From an uncultured Peptococcaceae bacterium (GTDB taxonomy: Bacteria > Bacillota > DSM-12270 > Thermacetogeniales > Thermacetogeniaceae), in contig CAVYEE010000030.1 of the NCBI GenBank assembly GCA_963767365.1, positions 132,475 through 196,474 on the forward strand: a stretch of DNA of 64,000 nt, given 5' to 3'. The notes below the pieces were generated by a model. The model searched no databases. It was given only the letters and a program-made list of their open reading frames with translations, and was not told where the DNA came from. Within the stretch, counting starts at the first letter, position 1. Each line of letters starts with the position of its first letter. Positions 57,639-64,000 of the stretch are shown one piece after another. The translations under genes and the position numbers were made by a program.

Positions 57639-58508
57639 TTATTGCTTGGCCGTATAGTCGTAGAACCCCCTGCCCGTTTTCTGTCCGAAATCCCCGGCTT
57701 TAACCTTGTTACGTGTACCTACTCCAATGCAGAATCTGTCGCCAAAGGCCGCACGCAGGCCATCTCCAACCCTCACTATGGTGTCAATCCCGCTAAAATC
57801 AAATAGTTCAAAGGGTCCCATGGGATGTCCCAGAGCATATTTGATGGCCTTGTCGATCTCTTCAACGCTGGCCAGCTTCTCATCATAAACACGACTGGCT
57901 TCCACCATAAGTCCGGCAAGAATGCGGTTAACCACAAAGCCGGGGGTGTCCTTGCACGTACACGTTTCTTTTCCCATTCTCCTGGCCAAATCCACTACTG
58001 CCTCGACACAAGCCGGTGCGGTGTGCTCTCCTGCTGGAATCTCAACAAGTTTCATGACCTGGGCCGGATAAAAGAAGTGCATGCCGATCACCTGCTCTGC
58101 TCTTCCGGTAACAGAGGCAAGTTCCGTGATGCTCAGTTGAGAGGTATTCGTGGCCAGAATCGCATCCGGTTTCAGGATTTGGTCCAACCTGGTAATTATA
58201 TCTTTCTTGAGTTCTATGATCTCCGGTACAGCCTCTATGACAATGTCACAGTCCGCAAAATCGTTCATGTCCAACGAAGTATGTATCTTCGTCAGTAGAG
58301 CATCCGCCTGCTCCTGGAGCATCTTACCGGCCGCAACAGACTTCAGCAGGAGCTTCTTAATCCTCCCTAAACCTTTTTCCAGCTCGTCTGTGTTAATATC
58401 AGCCAGAATCACGTCGCATCCGGCCTGGGCAGCGAGTTGAGCAATTCCGTGTCCCATCAGGCCAGCACCGAGAACCCCGACCTTGTCAATCGTACTTACC
58501 ATTTTCAT
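57639..58508 (-). CDS. hbd: 3-hydroxyacyl(butyryl)-CoA dehydrogenase
   Basis: This 289 aa ORF has an N-terminal Rossmann fold (VGVLGAGLMGHGIAQ) and Hbd-like length. Confidence 0.88.
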   Translation of the reverse strand: MKMVSTIDKVGVLGAGLMGHGIAQLAAQAGCDVILADINTDELEKGLGRIKKLLLKSVAAGKMLQEQADALLTKIHTSLDMNDFADCDIVIEAVPEIIELKKDIITRLDQILKPDAILATNTSQLSITELASVTGRAEQVIGMHFFYPAQVMKLVEIPAGEHTAPACVEAVVDLARRMGKETCTCKDTPGFVVNRILAGLMVEASRVYDEKLASVEEIDKAIKYALGHPMGPFELFDFSGIDTIVRVGDGLRAAFGDRFCIGVGTRNKVKAGDFGQKTGRGFYDYTAKQ

Positions 58509-58529
58509 CGTCCTCCTATCTCATAAGCC

Positions 58530-59672
58530 CTATTTCAAGATTTCACGCGCAATGATCAGCCTCTGAATCTGTGACGTACCTTCAACGATCTGCAACAACT
58601 TGGCATCCCGCATCGTCTTTTCCAGGGGATAATCCCGCATATATCCATATCCCCCGAGAATCTGAATAGCATCGGTGACAACCTTCTGTACCATATCAGC
58701 ACCGAAGCATTTGGCCATAGCTGCATTTCGGGGGGCAGCCATGCCATTGTCCAGCATCCAGGCTGCTTTCTGATATAGAAGTCTGGCTGCTTCAATGCTT
58801 ATATCCATATCGGCCAACATGAATTGAATGATCTGCATATTGGCAATGGGGCCTCCAAACTGTTTGCGATCCTTGGCGTAGTCCCGGGCTGTTTCCATCG
58901 CAAACTGGCCGATGCCAACCCCCATGGCTCCAATAACCGGACGAGAAGCGTTAAAAGCATTCATAGCAATTTTGAACCCAATTCCTTCTTCGCCAAGCCG
59001 GAATTCCTTGGGGACCTTAACTTGATCGAAGATAACTTCAGCAGTATCAGCAGCCCGGATGCCCATCTTCTTCTCTTTCTTCCCAACACTGACTCCATTC
59101 CAGTTCCGGTCTACCAGAAAAAAGGTGAGTCCTTTGTGGCGTTTGCTCTTATCCAGAGTAGCGAGCACGACATACTTTGAGGCAACACTTCCGTTACTGA
59201 TGAAGCACTTGGCGCCATTCAAAACATAGTGGTCTCCCTCAACTGTGGCCGTCGTTGATATGCTGCTAATGTCTGATCCCGCATTGGGCTCGGTAACGCA
59301 GTATGCACCGATTTCCCCTTTCTGGCACAAGCCGGTAAACCACCACTCCTTCTGTTCTTCATTTCCGGCAAGTTCTACCGGTTCACAGGCAAGCAGGTTC
59401 GCCATGGGGATAGTGGCGATACCACCACACCCCTTGGCTATACCCTCCATGACCATGCATCGGGTTAGATGGTCCCATGGATAGCCGCTGATTCTCTCCG
59501 GCCCGGCCATGCACAAAATCCCTATCCCCGCCATTTTGTGGATTACTGGCCACGGAAACTGCTCCGTCTCATCATAATAGGCTCTTACCGGGATGATTTC
59601 TTTTTCCACAAAGCGCCGTATTGTCCGGATTATCTCGGTCTGTTCGGGTGTCATGGAAAAGCTGAATGGCAC
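58530..59672 (-). CDS. acyl-CoA dehydrogenase (short/medium chain type)
   Basis: It has [10 protein letters not shown] and ...VEGTSQIQR. The start is GTG 59672, 7 nt after GGGAGGG. Confidence 0.88.
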   Translation of the reverse strand: MPFSFSMTPEQTEIIRTIRRFVEKEIIPVRAYYDETEQFPWPVIHKMAGIGILCMAGPERISGYPWDHLTRCMVMEGIAKGCGGIATIPMANLLACEPVELAGNEEQKEWWFTGLCQKGEIGAYCVTEPNAGSDISSISTTATVEGDHYVLNGAKCFISNGSVASKYVVLATLDKSKRHKGLTFFLVDRNWNGVSVGKKEKKMGIRAADTAEVIFDQVKVPKEFRLGEEGIGFKIAMNAFNASRPVIGAMGVGIGQFAMETARDYAKDRKQFGGPIANMQIIQFMLADMDISIEAARLLYQKAAWMLDNGMAAPRNAAMAKCFGADMVQKVVTDAIQILGGYGYMRDYPLEKTMRDAKLLQIVEGTSQIQRLIIAREILK

Positions 59673-59779
59673 GCTATTGCCCTCCCTTCTCACTCCACGT
59701 TGTGCGAGGCTTAATGCCAGAACTGTGTTGGTCCGCCACCTTACGCAAACGGGAGCTTAGTGGCGGTTAGCCATCGGGG

Positions 59780-59862
59780 AAATCGTTGAACCAGTGACTT
59801 AACCGCTCTTATCCTACCGTTTCAGAGAAACGGGGGTATTAGAGCGGGTAGTCATCTGGTAA
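59780..59862 (-). repeat. family A repeat, variant copy A7 (module 1 only, tail inverted)
   Basis: The reverse complement reads TTACCAGATGACTACCCGCTCTAATACCCCCGTTTCTCTGAAACGGTAGGATAAGAGCGGTT... The inner stem is compensated (CCGTTTC/GAAACGG). It is followed by GGTTCAAC instead of module 2. Confidence 0.7.
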
Positions 59863-60072
59863 ATAACGATAATAATATAAATATAATGATAGTTATATTT
59901 ATATATTACATCGTACCAATAAGATGTCAATCCACCATCCTTGGGTAAGCTTGTAAAGGTTTCTTCGGTGGTTGCATTCGTTGATACGGAGATACAGGAT
60001 ACTTCTTAGCCCCTTTGTCTTGCACTGCTTAACAATATGTGAAAAAATAAGTTAAAAAGGGGATGGTTTGAG

Positions 60073-60681
60073 ATGGGCGAAGAAAAAAGCGATTGGGAGA
60101 AATGCAGCGAGTTTCATGGCCATATCTGTCCCGGGCTGGCGATCGGCTACCGGGCGGCCAAAATCGGCCTGCAGGAACTTGCCGCAAGACGGGCGTTGGA
60201 CGAAGAACTGGTGGCCATTGTCGAGAACGATGCCTGTGGTGTGGATGCAGTGATGGTCGTCACGGGGTGCACCCTGGGCAAGGGCAACCTCCTGTTCCGG
60301 GATTTCGGCAAGAGCGCCTACACCTTCATGAGCCGCCAGAGCGGGGTTGGGGTGCGCATCTCCGTGAAAACAAGGGCCCGGGATATCCAGCCGGCTTCGC
60401 TACGGTCCGGGCCGAGCATCGTGCAGCAGATCCTGGATTTACCCCAGGAGGAGTTTTGCACGGTTCAGAATATCGAAGAGGAGCTACCGAAGCCGGCCCG
60501 GATTTTCAACTCGATCACCTGTGCCTTCTGTGGCGAAGCAGTTTCTGAATCCAGGGCGCGGGTGAAAGACGGCAAACTTGCCTGCATCCCCTGCGCCGGA
60601 CAATACACCAGGGGCTGTTCAACTAGTTCTTGGCTTCAGTGGGAGATTGTCTTACCCCCACTGAAGCCTAGAAATAGTTAA
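60073..60681 (+). CDS. FmdE-family protein whose last ~21 codons and stop are supplied by repeat A8
   Basis: It has the FmdE N-terminal motif (FHGHICPGLAIGYR) and a C-terminal Zn-ribbon (CAFCGE...CIPCAG). After ...QYTRG the frame enters the repeat (CSTSSWLQWEIVLPPLKPRNS-stop). Confidence 0.75.
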   Translation: MGEEKSDWEKCSEFHGHICPGLAIGYRAAKIGLQELAARRALDEELVAIVENDACGVDAVMVVTGCTLGKGNLLFRDFGKSAYTFMSRQSGVGVRISVKTRARDIQPASLRSGPSIVQQILDLPQEEFCTVQNIEEELPKPARIFNSITCAFCGEAVSESRARVKDGKLACIPCAGQYTRGCSTSSWLQWEIVLPPLKPRNS

Positions 60682-60754
60682 TACAGTGATGTAGCCGCTC
60701 TTATTCCACCGCTTCAGAAGCGGGGGCATTAGAGCGGGTAGTCATCTGTGGTAC
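60617..60754 (-). repeat. family A repeat, copy A8
   Basis: This is a full two-module copy in inverted orientation. It overlaps the 3' end of the fmdE-like ORF. Confidence 0.85.
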
Positions 60755-60795
60755 ACAAGAATGTCTGGGAACTGCCCGGGCAATCCATTGACACA

Positions 60796-60819
60796 CTCCC
60801 ACGAATTAATTCGTGGGAG
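60796..60819. promoter_or_regulatory. perfect 24-nt palindrome (candidate operator) upstream of arsR
   Basis: CTCCCACGAATTAATTCGTGGGAG lies between a TTGACA (60788-93) and a CATAAT (60820-25). Confidence 0.45.
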
Positions 60820-60837
60820 CATAATTATCTTGATCTA

Positions 60838-60867
60838 TATATTCATTTATCGTAATATATGAATATA
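60838..60867. promoter_or_regulatory. 9-12-9 inverted repeat overlapping the arsR start region
   Basis: TATATTCAT-n12-ATGAATATA. AT-rich dyads are typical of ArsR/SmtB operators. Confidence 0.4.
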
Positions 60868-61188
60868 ATGGTTATGGGGATGGTGATTTCAATTTTAGAC
60901 ATCGATACTTTTATCACAAACCCGGAGCTATATTATGGAAAGTCGGAGTTGCTTAAGGCGATGGCCCACCCGGTCAGGTTGTGCATTATCAGGGGGTTGA
61001 TGGTCCAGGGGGACCGCAGTGTTTCTTACATTCAATCATGTCTGGGCATGCCGCAGTCAACGATCTCGCAGCACCTTGCCAGGCTCAGGTCGTCAGGCAT
61101 CATCGAGGGGCAACGCCACGGCCTGGAGGTTCATTACCGCGTGGTCAACGAAGACGCCCGTAAGATCATCCAATCTCTGTTCGATTAA
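60859..61188 (+). CDS. ArsR/SmtB family transcriptional regulator
   Basis: This 109 aa ORF has a wHTH (LLKAMAHPVRLCIIRGL...QSTISQHLARLRSSGII). The exact ATG among four in-frame ATGs is uncertain. Confidence 0.85.
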   Translation: MNIMVMGMVISILDIDTFITNPELYYGKSELLKAMAHPVRLCIIRGLMVQGDRSVSYIQSCLGMPQSTISQHLARLRSSGIIEGQRHGLEVHYRVVNEDARKIIQSLFD

Positions 61189-61257
61189 CTTCCCGTTATT
61201 TTCGAGAATATTCTTCATTAAGGTCTTTTATTTCAATAAATGAGGGGGTTGAAATAC

Positions 61258-62969
61258 TTGGGTAAAAAAGTCTTAATCGTCGGCGGCGTCGCCGGAGGGG
61301 CGAGTTGCGCCGCCAGGCTGCGGCGGCTGGACGAGGAGGCGGAGATCGTGGTCTTCGAGCGCGGCCCCTACGTCTCCTTTGCCAACTGCGGTCTGCCCTA
61401 CCACGTAGGAGGCGCCATTCCCAAGCGGGCGAACCTGCTGGTGGCCACCCCTGATCTGCTGCGGCAACGCTTCCGGATTGACATCCGGTCACGCCAGGAG
61501 GTGGCGCGGATCGACCGCACCGGGCAGCAGGTGCAGGTAACCGACCTGGATTCCGGGCGCACCTACCAGGAGAGCTACGACTACCTGGTGCTGGCGCCCG
61601 GTGCTGCACCATTGCGGCCGCCCATCCCGGGAGCCGAGTTGCCAGGAGTCTTCACCCTGCGGACGATCCCGGACACCGACACCATCATCGCCTGGATCGA
61701 GGAGCGGCAAGCACGGGATGCAGTGGTGATCGGAGCCGGATTTATCGGCCTGGAGATGGCGGAGAACTTCAAACAGCGCGGCCTGGCAGTCTCAGTGGTG
61801 GAGTTGGCCGACCAAGTGCTACCCGTCTCCCTGGACTACGAGATGGCCGCCCTGGTGCAGACCTACCTGCATCAGCAGGAGATCGGGCTGTACTTCGGCG
61901 AGCAGGTGCAGGAGATCCGGGAGCATGCCCGGCGGCTGGTGGTGCGCACCGGGCAGCGGGAGTTGCCCGCCGGCCTGGTGTTGATGGCTGTCGGCCTGCG
62001 CCCGGAAACCGGCCTGGCGAGAGAGGCCGGACTGGAACTGGGACCCACCGGGGGCATCAAGACCGACGCCTTCCTGCGCACATCGGACCCCCGGATCTAC
62101 GCCGTGGGGGACGCAATCGAGGTTGTCAACCCGGTCAGCACGGCCCCGTCCCTCATTCCTCTGGCTGGGCCTGCCAACCGCCAGGGGCGCCTGGCCGCGG
62201 ACAACATCTGCGGGCGGGAGATCGCCTACCGGGGCACGGTGGGCGCCTCCATCATCAAGCTCTTCGACCTGGCAGCAGCAGCCGTCGGCCTCAATGCCCG
62301 TCAACTGCAGAAGTTGAACATCGACTACCGGAGCGTCATCGTGCACCCCCTGGCCAGGGCCGGCTATTACCCCGGCGGCTCACAGGTAAGCCTGAAGCTG
62401 CTGTTCAGCCCTTCTGACGGGCATCTCCTGGGCGCCCAGGCAGTCGGCCGGGAGGGGGTCGACAAGCGGGTCGACGTCCTGGCCACGGCCCTGCAGGCCG
62501 GGATGACCGTCTACGACCTGGAGCGGCTGGAACTGGCCTACGCCCCACCATTCTCCTCCGCCCGGGACCCGGTCAATCTCCTTGGCATGGCGGCAGCCAA
62601 CGTCATGCGGGGCGATGTGGCCACGGTGGAGTGGGACCAGGTGGAGGCGCTGCAGAACGAAGGAGCCCTGGTCCTGGACGTACGCACGCCCGACGAGGTC
62701 AAGGTGGGCGCCATTAAAGGCGCCCTGCACATCCCGGTGGACGAACTGCGCCGGCGGATGGGCGAGGTGGAGGCCGGGCTAACGCCCGGGCGCAAGGTAG
62801 TCGTTTACTGCGCCACCGGGCTGCGCTCATATATCGCCTGCCGCATCCTCAAGGCGCACGCTTGGAATGAGATGTCTTTAACCTGAGCGGCGGCTGGCGC
62901 ACTTACCGGTCTGCCACTGCCGAAGCGGGCCAGGTTGGCTCCAAAACTCTGAAACACTGTCCCTGTTAG
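61258..62969 (+). pseudogene. CoA-disulfide/persulfide reductase with C-terminal rhodanese domain; apparent frameshift near 62872
   Basis: It has VLIVGGVAGGASCAARLRR, the redox Cys context SFANCGLPY and the rhodanese loop VYCATGLRS. The true C-terminus, FNLSGGWRTYRSATAEAGQ...CPC-stop (62967-69), is in another frame. The start is TTG 61258, 9 nt after GAGGGGG; the track start is ATG 61240. Confidence 0.75.
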
Positions 62970-63017
62970 CACAGCATAGGAGTACGTTTTCAAAAAATAT
63001 GGGGGAGGTCGGAAGCC

Positions 63018-64000
63018 GTGGCAGAAGCTGATCGCGTCGATGAGGTCAAGGATTTCGGGTTCGAGGAGAATGGCGAACAGGACAAGGATTGGAAAGCGGA
63101 GTTGGTGAAACGCTTCGGGAACCGGGCCGCCCTGGGCAAGATCGAGCGGCTGCTCTACTCTCACGACGTGGGCGCCATGCCCGGAATGGTGAAAATGCTC
63201 TACAAGGGCATGCCCGATGCCGTAGCGCAACCGGAGAGCAAGGATGACCTGGTCTTCCTGACCGAACTGTCTCACCGCTACGGGGTGCCCCTGGTACCCC
63301 GGGGCAGCGGCACCGGAGGGTTCGGGGGCTGTGTGCCGTCCCGGGGCGGGATCGTGGTGGAGTTCAACCGGATGAACAGGATCCTGGATGTTAACCAGGC
63401 CGGAATGACCGTCACCGTGGAGCCCGGTATAATCATCAAGGACCTGGACGACTACCTGCGCCGTGAGCACGGCCTGGCCCTGCCGATCGCGCCGACCAGC
63501 GCCCCCGGCGCCTCCCTGGGCGGTTGGGTGGCCGCCGGCGGCGCCGGGATCGGCAGCAACACAGGGGGCTATGTGAACGAGAACGTGGTCGCCGTGGATG
63601 TCATCGCTCCCACCGGCGCCCCTCTGAACGAGATCGGGCATGTGGTCAGGGCTGGAAGGCACCACCGGTTTTATTGCCAGCGTCACCTTCCGGGTGGTGT
63701 CCGCCGAGGATGTCAGGCCGTTCCTGATCGGCTTCAAGACTATGAATGAGCTGATCGCCGCCCTGGCCGCCCTGGCCGAGGCCGGGATCGCGGTCTGGCA
63801 CGTCGGCTTCGGCAGCGGCCGCTTCCGCCGCCTTAACGAGGAGGCCGCATGCCTGACGAGCGGTTGGCAGGAGCCAGCCCTGCTGTTGGCGCCCTTGCAG
63901 TCCGAGGCGCCTGCGGTGGAGCAGTTCATCTCCTCCAGGTTGACCGCTCTTGGCGGCGAGGTGCTGCCTGCCGCCCAGGCGCAGCACGACTGGGAGGAGC
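63018..64000 (+). pseudogene. FAD-linked oxidase (GlcD/D-lactate dehydrogenase-like), partial at window end; apparent frameshift near 63647
   Basis: The FAD-binding PCMH domain is present (VPLVPRGSGTGGFGG...). After ...IGHVV the conserved continuation GLEGTTGFIASVTFRVVSAEDV... is in another frame and stays open to position 64000. Confidence 0.7.

Noticed and set aside
59701-59720. A sigma54-like TGGCAT-N-CTCGCA on the minus strand upstream of the ACAD operon. Also TGGCACGGCTCTTCAA inside family B (9634-9650).
   Set aside because: In the first, the GG-to-GC spacing is one nucleotide too long. In the second, the invariant -12 GC is replaced by CA. Neither meets the strict -24/-12 geometry.
59879-59900. 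The AT-rich dyad AAATATAA-tgatag-TTATATTT upstream of the ACAD/hbd operon, considered as a TetR operator.
   Set aside because: It is plausible, but such dyads arise easily in an ~85% AT stretch. The TetR gene is 7 kb away and convergent with the operon end, so the evidence is too weak to annotate.
12909-60754. Family A considered as integron attC sites (its 3' end GTTGAAC/GTTGAAT fits the GTTRRRY core) or as a CRISPR array.
   Set aside because: No complementary RYYYAAC inverse core is present at the 5' end, and no intI or cas genes are in the window. The copies are dispersed in both orientations rather than forming cassette boundaries or a regularly spaced array.

Overview
Most of this window looks like an anaerobic Firmicutes (Peptococcaceae/Desulfotomaculum-like) or syntroph chromosome; that taxonomic call is inference only. 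Nearly all genes are on the minus strand up to about 44.3 kb. (1) 1-12.9 kb holds a complete Wood-Ljungdahl operon: cooC-cooS-acsB-acsC-cooC2-acsD-acsE, an hdrA-like/mvhD fusion, then metV-metF. (2) 14.8-27.2 kb holds an 11-gene redox supercluster: hdrC-hdrB, an hdrA N-terminal fragment, nuoE, a nuoF/gltD fusion, a giant 2Fe-2S/HdrA-HdrA fusion, mvhD, a small ORF, [NiFe] hydrogenase small and large subunits, and a maturation protease. (3) 28.3-38.0 kb holds an Flx/Hdr-like cluster: an hdrC/B fusion, an hdrA-mvhD fusion with two in-frame TGA codons aligning to Cys (selenocysteine candidates), three Flx/Asr-like Fe-S/flavin subunits and a TauE-like exporter. This cluster is bracketed by two roughly 92% identical lysR paralogs, each followed by a reiterated AT-rich promoter/operator cassette. 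(4) 39.6-59.7 kb holds three beta-oxidation-like modules of strongly mosaic GC content, with a sigma54 activator, divergent -24/-12 promoters and a TetR gene. (5) 60-64 kb holds fmdE-like, arsR, a CoA-disulfide reductase-rhodanese gene and an FAD-linked oxidase. Two structured dispersed repeat families are superimposed on this: family A has 8 copies and family B has 2 full copies plus fragments, and both show compensatory stem substitutions. About 17 single-nucleotide frameshifts interrupt otherwise well-conserved GC-rich genes. These are more likely consensus indel errors than gene decay. I saw no rRNA, tRNA, CRISPR array or intact transposase.
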